A stretch of DNA of 64,000 nucleotides from Gammaproteobacteria bacterium (GTDB lineage: Bacteria > Pseudomonadota > Gammaproteobacteria > CAKMZV01). How positions within the stretch are numbered: position 1 is the first letter of the stretch; every line of letters starts with the position of its first letter. Shown here one piece after another: positions 30,109 through 39,151 of the stretch. The DNA lies in assembly GCA_965277775.1 (NCBI GenBank), contig OZ255843.1, positions 160,306-224,305 of the forward strand, written 5' to 3'. A program made the position numbers and the translations under genes. The notes under the pieces are model-generated. The model did no database searches. It was not told the DNA's origin and was given only the letters and a program-made list of their open reading frames with translations.

Positions 30109-32308
30109 TGTTAATTCTCTCACGATACAGCTTGAGCTGGTTTATGAAAAAAAACTCCGATTGGAATAAATCTTTGATTTGTTGCCGTTCTTTCGTTGAT
30201 AACTGTTTTAAATCCGATGGAATTAATATGAGTTTAGCATATTTATTTTTCATTTCTGTTTCACCATTTATATCTCTTTTGGGCTCAATGTTTTTTTTAG
30301 ATATTTCTGAACTAGTGTGGAACGAATTAGTGTTGTATTCATCAGGAGACTCTCGTAAATTGTCCACTTCTTGTTCTGTATAAAGCAATAAGTTGTTCTC
30401 TTTGGATGCAGAACTAATTGCTTGTGAAGAAGGCTGAATCGAATTGCGTAGCCAAAAGTTATTTAAATATTTTTGACATCTTTTTTTAAACTCGACAGGC
30501 ACAGACATTTGAGGAAAGGTTGCTTGTATATAGCCCCAATATGAATCAAAATGCGTTGCTATTTGATCACGAGTGATATCCTTTAATTGCTCATGAACAT
30601 TTTCAAAATTTGGGATTTTTTTATGCAAATTATAATATTTTTCTAATTTTTCAATAGCTTGTGATCTTGATTTGAGTCTATATTCTAAATCCTTAATGAG
30701 CTTTAAAACTTCAGCAGCAGATTGGTTGTAGATCACTTCAAGCGACGTATCAGAATACTTAGAGTGCTTATTATGCGGCGGTTTTTCCCAATTTTTATTA
30801 TCTATGGGCGTATTTTCGATAATTTTCTTTAATTGCTGCACTTCATTTAAACGATCAAATGACCCAACAAAATCTAACACATTAACATATTCCTTATTTG
30901 ATGTTTTCCTCAGCCCTCTTCCTAATTGTTGCAGCCAGACAGTACGCGACCCTGTATATCTCATAAAAACAAGTAAATTCGTTTCGGGGATATCGATGCC
31001 TTCATTAAATAAGTCGCAAACCAAAATATATCGAAATCCAGATTCTCTAAAATCCCTAATATTCTGGCGTCGTTGTTGATCTGACATTTTCGAATGAACA
31101 TATGTTGCGCTCCCCGACGGGAAAAACTGGATAAGATGATTGATATGAGAAATTCTCCGACAGAATATAATTCCTTTAGGATTCGCTATTTTCTTGTCTT
31201 GAATGGTTTGTTCTATGATCCTAACAACTTCTTCATCTTTCTTATGTAAAAACAAATGATTGTCCAAATCACTTATACTCAATCCCTGCTTAAGCTGGTC
31301 TATTTTTCGTTGATCGAGATCATCTAATAACACCAGGTATTTTGGAAAGGCCAATTTATTGTGTCGCAATGCCCATGCTAAATCATATTTGCCAATATGG
31401 CCATCGGTTCCTCCAAAAAAGGCTAAGACATCTTTGATATCTTCACGGAAAGGAGTTGCAGTTAAACCGATTAAATATTTCGGATTAAAGTGTTTTACAA
31501 CAGTTGAATAGGTCCTTGCTGGAACATGATGCGCTTCATCTACAATAACGATATCAAATTCATTTTTACTTAAATCGTTTATTTTTATATGAAGGGTATC
31601 AAAACTACCGAAAACAAAATCAGTATTTTCTGGATTTGAACCATCAAAACAAGCAGAAAAGGAATGGTTACCAATCCCAAAAACATTTTTAAATGCCGTG
31701 ACCGATTGCAATAATATTTCTATTTGATGTGCTAAAAATAATACGCGCTGTTTAGAACGATTCTGTAAAACACGTTTGACTAAATGCGCAACCGTATAAG
31801 TTTTTCCAAGCCCAGTTGCCATTTCAATCAACATTTTTTGTTTGCCCGAATTTATTATTCCAAAACATTCTTGAATTACTGACTCTTGATAAACTCTGGG
31901 TTTAATTTCACGTCCAATTTCTGAACGTTTTTCGACCCACAAATTTTGAAGTGCATCCCGATCGACCAATTCTACGCCCAATCGTAAGGCTCTGATTTTT
32001 ACCTCCGAAGTGAAGTAAGAGTTCGTTACCAAAATCATATGGGCAACTCTGGCTAATTTTGCCCCTGTAACTAATTGATTCAGAGCTTTAACGTCAACTG
32101 ACACTCCCCTTTGTCGTTGTTTGACTTCAATGGCAAAAGTTCTTTTATTTTTATAGGCAAAAATATCAACGCCCCCATCCCCATGTGAAAACTCTTTACC
32201 AACTTGGGTAATGGTTGCATCCGTCCAACCAGCCGCAACAAAAACGTCTCGAACAAATATTTCAAAGTCACTTGATGACAGCTTGTCAATTGACTTGAAG
32301 TCTATCAC
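30101..32308 (-). CDS. Mrr-like restriction endonuclease fused to SF2 (ResIII/DEAH) helicase
   Basis: FEIFVRDVF...GDGGVDI...IEVKQ...VTNSYFT; MATGLGKT, DEAHH, TATP, FNEGIDIP, QQLGRGLR; GTG start with AGGA RBS. Confidence 0.9.
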   Translation of the reverse strand: MIDFKSIDKLSSSDFEIFVRDVFVAAGWTDATITQVGKEFSHGDGGVDIFAYKNKRTFAIEVKQRQRGVSVDVKALNQLVTGAKLARVAHMILVTNSYFTSEVKIRALRLGVELVDRDALQNLWVEKRSEIGREIKPRVYQESVIQECFGIINSGKQKMLIEMATGLGKTYTVAHLVKRVLQNRSKQRVLFLAHQIEILLQSVTAFKNVFGIGNHSFSACFDGSNPENTDFVFGSFDTLHIKINDLSKNEFDIVIVDEAHHVPARTYSTVVKHFNPKYLIGLTATPFREDIKDVLAFFGGTDGHIGKYDLAWALRHNKLAFPKYLVLLDDLDQRKIDQLKQGLSISDLDNHLFLHKKDEEVVRIIEQTIQDKKIANPKGIIFCRRISHINHLIQFFPSGSATYVHSKMSDQQRRQNIRDFRESGFRYILVCDLFNEGIDIPETNLLVFMRYTGSRTVWLQQLGRGLRKTSNKEYVNVLDFVGSFDRLNEVQQLKKIIENTPIDNKNWEKPPHNKHSKYSDTSLEVIYNQSAAEVLKLIKDLEYRLKSRSQAIEKLEKYYNLHKKIPNFENVHEQLKDITRDQIATHFDSYWGYIQATFPQMSVPVEFKKRCQKYLNNFWLRNSIQPSSQAISSASKENNLLLYTEQEVDNLRESPDEYNTNSFHTSSEISKKNIEPKRDINGETEMKNKYAKLILIPSDLKQLSTKERQQIKDLFQSEFFFINQLKLYRERINND

Positions 32309-32443
32309 TTTTAATTCCTAATCCTTTGGATATATTATTCATTCTTATGTTTCTTGTAGAATTTTAAGATGTTTATTCTGTTTTTAGATGTGCAAGATAT
32401 TCATTGTAACAGACGAGTTTTGTTTTCTTTCACTCAAGCAGGA

Positions 32444-32453
32444 TACAGGCAAC
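32444..32453 (+). repeat. Right copy of direct repeat TACAGGCAAC
   Basis: Matches 27889-27898; lies near where AT-rich composition ends. Confidence 0.45.
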
Positions 32454-32458
32454 ATAGA

Positions 32459-32487
32459 CTTTGGTTATAACCAAAGGTGTTTATAAT
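32459..32487 (+). promoter_or_regulatory. Perfect 18-bp palindrome (candidate operator) plus -10 box of the amidohydrolase gene
   Basis: CTTTGGTTATAACCAAAG at 32459-32476; TATAAT at 32482-32487. Confidence 0.55.
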
Positions 32488-32527
32488 AGGACACATTGAA
32501 GCACCTAATCATTGAACAAAACCCCTT

Positions 32528-34198
32528 ATGCCATTCCATCGATTACACTTTCTTAGTCTTATGCTCAGTGTCGGCTTAATGTCAACAATGCCCGCTCAAG
32601 CAGAATCTTTATTGCTTCATAATGCGCGAATTTATCTGTCCCAACCCAATCAATTTGCTTCAGCCGTTTTTATTGATGAAGGCAAAATTGTGGCGCTTGG
32701 CAGTGATAAAGCCTTGCAAAAATTTCAAACCCAGGCCGATAAGATCATCGATTTGCAAGGCAAATTGGTATTACCAGGGTTTCATGATGTCCATACCCAC
32801 ATTCTTGAAGCCAATGCACCAATGAGTGGCACCTGCATCGTTCAATTTGATGCCACTCCGCGCGACTCATTGGCACACTTAAAAGCTTGCTCATCCAAAC
32901 AAATTGGCACCGATTGGGTGTTAGGCTGGGGCTGGGACATGGGAACCTTTGTCTCGTCGGGGCAAAACCCTCGAGTGGTACTCGATGAAGCCATCCCAAA
33001 CCGCCCTGCTGCCATCATGGAGCAAACCTCACACGCCGTCTGGGCCAACTCAAAAGCACTACAACTATTAGGCATTGATCGGCATTCGCCCCACCCTGTC
33101 GGCGGCATCATCGCTAAAACCAAAGATGGCACACCCAATGGATTGCTGATTGATAATGCTGGCGAACTGGCTTTTGAATTGGCTTTAAAGCCGAATAAAG
33201 GTTTGGATGAACTCCACTATCAAGGCCTGCTAAATGGTTTGGATCAATTGGCTGAAAATGGCATCACAGCATTTGTGGATGCACGCGCATACTGGACCCG
33301 AAATCATCACATCCTCTATGACCGTGCCAATGCTGAAAACTTGATTGATGCCCACGCCATTCTAAGTCTTTGGGCTTACCCACAAATGGACGATGATAAA
33401 CAACTCAAGCGTTTGAAACAACTCTATCGCTATGACCCAAATGCCTTAGTCAACCGCAATCAAATCAAGCTTTATGTGGATGGCATTACCCACAATACCA
33501 CCGCCATTCCCTCGCACCCCTACAAGGTGGAATCGCATTTTGAAACGCCCATGGGGCTAAATTACTTCACTGAACAGCGTTTGACGAGGTATTTGATTGA
33601 ATTAGAACGCACAGGCTATGATTTTCATATTCATGCCATTGGTTCAGGCGGTGTCCATCAAGCCCTAAATGCTATTGAGAAGGCGCGTGCGGCAAACCCA
33701 ACACTGAATCCACGCCACCGCATCACCCATGTTGAGCACGTTGAACGTAAGGACATCAAACGTTTTGCTGAACTGGGTGTGATTGCCGACTTCCAGTTTG
33801 CAGGCGCATTTACTGAACCAGAAATATTCAATGAATTCAGCCACCATTATCTGGGTGACAACGACCAAATTCTACCCTTGCCTGCACGTATATTATTAGA
33901 CGCCTCAGCAACCATCACCTTAAGCAGTGATTTTGATGTCAGCCCCTTAAATCTTTTTATTGGCATTCATCGCATCGTTAATCGCAGCGAAAGGTCACTC
34001 AGCCTGACCGAAGCCATTGATGCTTACACCATAAACGCCGCGTATTTGATGCGCCAAGAAAATCGTGTTGGTTCAATTGCTGTAGGCAAACAAGCCGATA
34101 TGATTGTCTTAAGTCAGGATATATTTACAATACCAAAACATAAGATTAACCAAACCAAAGTCTTAATGACCTTTTTTGCTGGGAAACAAATCTACTGA
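32528..34198 (+). CDS. Exported amidohydrolase (Amidohydro_3/YtcJ-like)
   Basis: Signal peptide ending AQA, LPGFHDVHTH, HIHAIG, RHRITH, SSD, GSIAVGKQAD. Confidence 0.9.
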   Translation: MPFHRLHFLSLMLSVGLMSTMPAQAESLLLHNARIYLSQPNQFASAVFIDEGKIVALGSDKALQKFQTQADKIIDLQGKLVLPGFHDVHTHILEANAPMSGTCIVQFDATPRDSLAHLKACSSKQIGTDWVLGWGWDMGTFVSSGQNPRVVLDEAIPNRPAAIMEQTSHAVWANSKALQLLGIDRHSPHPVGGIIAKTKDGTPNGLLIDNAGELAFELALKPNKGLDELHYQGLLNGLDQLAENGITAFVDARAYWTRNHHILYDRANAENLIDAHAILSLWAYPQMDDDKQLKRLKQLYRYDPNALVNRNQIKLYVDGITHNTTAIPSHPYKVESHFETPMGLNYFTEQRLTRYLIELERTGYDFHIHAIGSGGVHQALNAIEKARAANPTLNPRHRITHVEHVERKDIKRFAELGVIADFQFAGAFTEPEIFNEFSHHYLGDNDQILPLPARILLDASATITLSSDFDVSPLNLFIGIHRIVNRSERSLSLTEAIDAYTINAAYLMRQENRVGSIAVGKQADMIVLSQDIFTIPKHKINQTKVLMTFFAGKQIY

Positions 34199-34307
34199 TG
34201 GTATAGCACGCCCTAAGTATAATGAATAACGCGCACACAACGTTAGACAATCACCTCATATAAACGCAAGATAACTTACCTTTCGTTTACATTTCACAAG
34301 GAACACC

Positions 34308-35453
34308 ATGAATACAATGAAACCAACCATTGACCCATATCTATTTGAAAAACAGTTTGGTGCATTCAAGAAATTCGTTGAAGAACAATCCAAAGTTTCT
34401 TTTGTGTCTTTTGCATCCAACCCATACACAGAAGATGAAGAAGGTTACAAATCTGAAATCTATAGAGAGGCTAGGAGTAAACTGGTTTTTCAGGATTGGA
34501 AAGAATCAGACATTGGCAGGGGCGATATTATTGCATCAACCATCGAATCAATAGAAATTCAAAAAAATAATTTAATCCTGTGGCAAAGCCGCCGTGGGGA
34601 TGACAATCGCCCTCATCAAGCATTATACAAAGCAAGACAAGATCCTGAAAAAATAAAAGCAGTAGAACAACGCCTTTTCAATCTTTTCCACGAGACAGAT
34701 GTTGAAGCATCATTTGGCGGTTTGATTGAATTATTTGGGCAGAAATACACAATTATTGCTTATTTGTTATTCCTGAAAGATCGTTCTAAATATTTACCCA
34801 TTGCCACAACATATTTCGATAATTCATTTGAATTATTGGGCTCAAACTTCAAAACAACAAAGCAATGCTCCTGGGAAAACTATACCCAATATCTCGATTT
34901 AATCAGTCAGCTTAAAACAATGCTATCTGAGGCTTTATCAACTGAGGCGTCATCATTTGAAGTTTCAATGTTAGATGCTCACTCATTTGCTTGGATGCTC
35001 TCGTCTCAAATGAAGGAAGAAAATTTAGCAGATGTAAAGGAATATTTGAGCCTAACTGACACAGAGCGCGAGACAATAGTAAAAGCTCGTAAAGGTCAAG
35101 GGCCATTCAGAGAGCGCCTTATCAAATATTGGGCATCGTGTGCCGTTACTGGATGCCAAAAGCACACTCTACTGATAGCGTCACATATTAAACCTTGGGC
35201 AAAGTCGGATAACACAGCAGAGCGTTTGGATCTTTATAATGGCTTGTTACTGTCACCAAACTTAGATGCCTGTTTTGATTCAGGCTTTATAAGTTTTGAT
35301 GATTCGGGCAAGATTTTACTATCAAATGAATTGACTGAAAAAGACATACATGATTTGGGCATAAACAAGGACATGAAATTGTCCCATATCGACCCTAAAC
35401 ACCATAAATACCTTGCCTATCATCGAAAAAACATATTCAAAAAGAGCTTATAA
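34308..35453 (+). CDS. HNH endonuclease with uncharacterised N-terminal domain
   Basis: RKGQGPFR...CAVTG...ASHIKPW...NGLLLSPNLDACFDSG...YLAYHR. Confidence 0.88.
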   Translation: MNTMKPTIDPYLFEKQFGAFKKFVEEQSKVSFVSFASNPYTEDEEGYKSEIYREARSKLVFQDWKESDIGRGDIIASTIESIEIQKNNLILWQSRRGDDNRPHQALYKARQDPEKIKAVEQRLFNLFHETDVEASFGGLIELFGQKYTIIAYLLFLKDRSKYLPIATTYFDNSFELLGSNFKTTKQCSWENYTQYLDLISQLKTMLSEALSTEASSFEVSMLDAHSFAWMLSSQMKEENLADVKEYLSLTDTERETIVKARKGQGPFRERLIKYWASCAVTGCQKHTLLIASHIKPWAKSDNTAERLDLYNGLLLSPNLDACFDSGFISFDDSGKILLSNELTEKDIHDLGINKDMKLSHIDPKHHKYLAYHRKNIFKKSL

Positions 35454-35569
35454 TCACCCTTACTGACAGCAAAAAACTGTCACTTGTTCCTGACTAAGTC
35501 TTGTGCAGTCAGTTCCGCAAACAGTACTGTTGAAACCAGGAAGGAATTTTATAAAATAGGAAAATTACA

Positions 35570-36913
35570 ATGTTGAATTTAAAAGGCACACCATATCTAT
35601 TGGAGGCTGAGGCTGAAGAAGGAATAATAGCACAAATCAAAGCATTAGAAGAAAGAGTTGAGATGCTGAGAAATTCAGGCAAACTCACGCAAGAAACGCT
35701 TATTGATTATTATGGTGAAAAAAAATTTGAGCAAGTGGCTGAATCTAATGCAATAGAGGGTAGCACGCTTTCTGTTGGAGAAACAGAATTGGCCGTTCTG
35801 AAGGGAACGACAACCACGGGTCATGATCCCGCCTATGTTAAGGATGCGATTTCATTAGAAAAGGCCTTAGCTAGATTAGCTGATATGGCAAAAAACAAGG
35901 AACAAGCCACCGATTTCAATCAACTGCATGAACTACACGAGCTGATCATGGGAGACAGGCCAGGTGGTGGTATTTTCCGAAGGGAACCTGTCAGAATTAA
36001 GGGCGCGGAACATCACCCCCCCGAAACTTGGAATGAAGTAATCTCTGCTATGGAACATTGGCAAAGTTGGTCGGTTGACAATAAAAACCTTTCAGCACTT
36101 GTTAGATCGGTCATTCTGCATGCTTGGCTGACTCATGTTCATCCTTTTTTAGATGGTAATGGGCGTTGTGCTCGGGCAATTGCTAACTTAGAGTTGGTAA
36201 GAGCAGGCTATCCGCCAATCATAATTCGCAAAAAAGAACGGGATAGATACATTGATGCCTTAGCTGAGTCAGATTCAGGCGGGGATATACGCTCATTTTT
36301 TGAACTGGTTATTGAAAGAGCAGAAGGTGCACTAACTGGCTTGGAGCTCTCTGCTAAAAGTCAGCAAGATTATAATCCTGCCCTCGAAAAAATAAAAATA
36401 CTGCAGACTAAAAATCTTCGGATATGGGAAACAAGTGTTGCCTTACTGGTTAAGACAATGGATCACTATCTAACAAAATTGTTGGAACAAGTGAATGGCA
36501 GTGCATACATACGAGAGTTTGAATCGCCTCTGGACTTAGAGGATTACACAGGTTTAATGGAGCGAAAAAGTGCATCTCGAACATGGTGTTTTATTGTTAA
36601 TGTTTCTGTGCCAGGTTTTGAAAAATTAGAAAGACTAGCATACATCAGTTTCCGCCAACCTCATCTTTTTCACCATATGAACGACATTGGTGGCCCCACC
36701 ATATACTGGTCAAAGAAAAACCCTTCTGGTTACCCAAAGTGGATAACGGATGAGAAAAACGCACCCTTTTGCACTGAAATGACTATTGAAGAAGGCATTG
36801 GTGATGCGTGGTCTGCAAGACTAATCGATGGGTCAATAAAAAAATATTCAACGACGGCTCTTGCAAAGAAAATTGCAAATGCATTGGTCGAATTAACAGC
36901 AGAGAACAAGTAA
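35570..36913 (+). CDS. Fic-family protein with N-terminal inhibitory motif and unknown C-terminal domain
   Basis: HPFLDGNGRCAR active motif; SNAIEG motif. Confidence 0.92.
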   Translation: MLNLKGTPYLLEAEAEEGIIAQIKALEERVEMLRNSGKLTQETLIDYYGEKKFEQVAESNAIEGSTLSVGETELAVLKGTTTTGHDPAYVKDAISLEKALARLADMAKNKEQATDFNQLHELHELIMGDRPGGGIFRREPVRIKGAEHHPPETWNEVISAMEHWQSWSVDNKNLSALVRSVILHAWLTHVHPFLDGNGRCARAIANLELVRAGYPPIIIRKKERDRYIDALAESDSGGDIRSFFELVIERAEGALTGLELSAKSQQDYNPALEKIKILQTKNLRIWETSVALLVKTMDHYLTKLLEQVNGSAYIREFESPLDLEDYTGLMERKSASRTWCFIVNVSVPGFEKLERLAYISFRQPHLFHHMNDIGGPTIYWSKKNPSGYPKWITDEKNAPFCTEMTIEEGIGDAWSARLIDGSIKKYSTTALAKKIANALVELTAENK

Positions 36914-37069
36914 AAGCCTCGATCGGTTTGTAAGCGAAAGCTTGCCGATAGATTGCTCGTACAACCTATAACCTCCTCTCTCTTATTTGCGTCCAGCCCG
37001 CCTTGGTAAACGAGAGTGGAAAAAAACCATTCTCTAAAAGTTCGGGTGTTGGTTCTAACTCCTCTATTT

Positions 37070-37107
37070 GAAATTTAAGAGGGTTTTAAATTTCCACGTT
37101 ATATAAT
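37070..37107 (+). promoter_or_regulatory. Inverted repeat plus -10 box upstream of dctP
   Basis: GAAATTTAA-N7-TTAAATTTC at 37070-37094; TATAAT at 37102-37107. Confidence 0.35.
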
Positions 37108-37145
37108 GTGATTTTTCCCAATATTGTCTTTAGGAGATTTTTAAG

Positions 37146-38156
37146 ATGAAAGTATTAAATTATATGAAGCTGGTTGCGCTCAGCGCAATTGTTATGGTTG
37201 GCATGGGTTACGGGTCGGCTTACGCGTCTTGTGATGCTGGCGAGACTGTGATCAAATTTTCCCATGTAACCAATACCGATAAACATCCAAAAGGGATTGC
37301 TGCCACTTTGCTCGCTAAACGGGTTAATGCGGAAATGAACGGGGTTGCCTGTATGGAAGTGTATCCAAACTCCACACTTTACAACGATAATAAAGTATTG
37401 GAAGCTTTGTTAAATGGTGATGTGCACATGGCTGCGCCATCCTTATCAAAATTTGAAAAATTCACTAAGAAATTCCGCATCTTTGATTTGCCTTTTATGT
37501 TTGAAAACATAGAGGCTGTTGATCGTTTTCAAAACTCGGCTGCTGGAGAAAAGCTTAAAAAATCCATGCAAAGAAGAGGACTGTTAGGACTGGCTTTTTG
37601 GCACAATGGCATGAAACAAATGTCAGCCAATCGTCCACTTATCAACCCTTCAGATGCAAAAGGGCTTAAATTTCGTGTGCAAAGCTCAGAAGTTTTGGTT
37701 GACCAATTTAAGCAATTGGGAGCAAATCCACAGAAAATGTCTTTTAAAGAGGTTTATGGTGGATTACAAAACAAGGTGGTCGATGGACAAGAAAACACTT
37801 GGTCTAACATCTATGGTAAAAAATTCTTTGAAGTTCAAGATGGCATTACAGAAACCAATCACGGCATTTTAGATTACCTTGTTGTGACTTCTGATGAATG
37901 GTGGTCGGGTCTGCCCGCTAAAGTAAGAAATCAATTGTCTAAAATTTTAACTGAAGTGACTGAATCCAGAAACGCGGCTTCCGAATCAGTGAATCAGCAA
38001 AACAAGCAAAACATTATCAAAGCGGGTGCGACCGTACGTCAACTGACCGATGCGCAGCGTCAGGCGTGGGTCAAAGCGTTAAAACCCGTGTGGGATAAGT
38101 ATAAAGGTGACATTGGTGAGGACTTAATTAAAGCGGCTCAAGCAGCCAATAAATAA
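37146..38156 (+). CDS. dctP: TRAP transporter solute-binding protein (C4-dicarboxylate type)
   Basis: IKFSHV, PKG, YPNSTLY, FWHNGMKQ, KFRVQ, DGQENTWSN. Confidence 0.93.
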   Translation: MKVLNYMKLVALSAIVMVGMGYGSAYASCDAGETVIKFSHVTNTDKHPKGIAATLLAKRVNAEMNGVACMEVYPNSTLYNDNKVLEALLNGDVHMAAPSLSKFEKFTKKFRIFDLPFMFENIEAVDRFQNSAAGEKLKKSMQRRGLLGLAFWHNGMKQMSANRPLINPSDAKGLKFRVQSSEVLVDQFKQLGANPQKMSFKEVYGGLQNKVVDGQENTWSNIYGKKFFEVQDGITETNHGILDYLVVTSDEWWSGLPAKVRNQLSKILTEVTESRNAASESVNQQNKQNIIKAGATVRQLTDAQRQAWVKALKPVWDKYKGDIGEDLIKAAQAANK

Positions 38157-38229
38157 TTAAGAACGCCCTAATTAAGCAAAAGATATAAAAGTTGACTGGT
38201 TGATATGGTCGTAAGTAGGATTAGAAAAA

Positions 38230-38257
38230 CCCCATAAATGCCTAAGCATTCGTGGGG
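38230..38257. terminator. Intergenic hairpin after dctP
   Basis: CCCCATAAATGC-ctaa-GCATTCGTGGGG imperfect stem. Confidence 0.4.
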
Positions 38258-38474
38258 CATCTACAGCGTCATTTTGTGAACACAATACCTTTGCTCAATT
38301 AGGGGAATCCAGATATATGGCACTCAGATGATGATTGATGCGACCATAAAACCAACCATTAATCAATAATGTATGCCATTCAAATGATTAGAATATGAGG
38401 GTGCATCGAGCATCTTCATATTTGACAAGTCTGAACTAATTACTCTTTAAAAAACCATTAGAACAATCAGCCAA

Positions 38475-39089
38475 ATGCCATTATTTCAAAGAATAGAAGA
38501 AAACATCATGGCCGTAATACTGGGTTTAATGACCCTGATTACGTTTTCTAATGTCGTCGCCCGCTATTTATTCAATGATAATATTTTATGGGCACTTGAG
38601 GCGACTGTTTTTTTGTTTGCATGGCTGGTGTTATTAGGGGCGTCTTACGGTGTCAAGCATAATCTACACATAGGCGTTGATTTCATCGTTGCTAAATTCC
38701 CAGAAAACATCAAAAAAGCCATGGCGTTATTCGCAGTGGCCATCTGTCTGATCTTCACCTTGCTCTTATTAAAAGGCGCTTTCGATTATTGGTATCCATT
38801 TGTCACAAAGCGAGCATGGTTAGAAGTGCAAGACATTCCCATGCCACAAGCATTCAGTTTTATACAAGATATTTTTAATGAAGGCGAGGCCTATGAAAAA
38901 ATACCGCGATTTATCCCCTACTTCATTCTGCCCTTATCCATGTCATTATTGCTTTATCGTTTTGTAGAAGCCTTTATACAAATCGCCAAAGATCAAAGGC
39001 AGCACATTATTGCTTCTCATGAAGCGGAAATCGACAAGATCGAAGATACGACCACTCAGAATCACGAAACAAATGGTCAAAAATCGTGA
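38475..39089 (+). CDS. dctQ: TRAP small permease
   Basis: NVVARY, WALE, HIGVD; about four TM segments. Confidence 0.92.
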   Translation: MPLFQRIEENIMAVILGLMTLITFSNVVARYLFNDNILWALEATVFLFAWLVLLGASYGVKHNLHIGVDFIVAKFPENIKKAMALFAVAICLIFTLLLLKGAFDYWYPFVTKRAWLEVQDIPMPQAFSFIQDIFNEGEAYEKIPRFIPYFILPLSMSLLLYRFVEAFIQIAKDQRQHIIASHEAEIDKIEDTTTQNHETNGQKS

Positions 39090-39151
39090 AACGCAATGAT
39101 ACACAGCAATAGAAGCCTTAAAATCATGACTGCTCAGCGCAAATTTTAACA

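Noticed and set aside
6909-30123. Extended ORF-track starts for hisC (8039), the methyltransferase (15291), the DUF2007 gene (16996) and the sigma4 protein (30123)
   Set aside because: They overlap neighbouring genes or add non-family sequence; the downstream ATGs give coupled or canonical N-termini
34225-34250. GTTAGAC core before the HNH gene, and a loosely attC-like stretch near 43970-44050, suggesting integron cassettes
   Set aside because: No properly spaced RYYYAAC...GTTRRRY pairs, no repeated attC structure and no integrase
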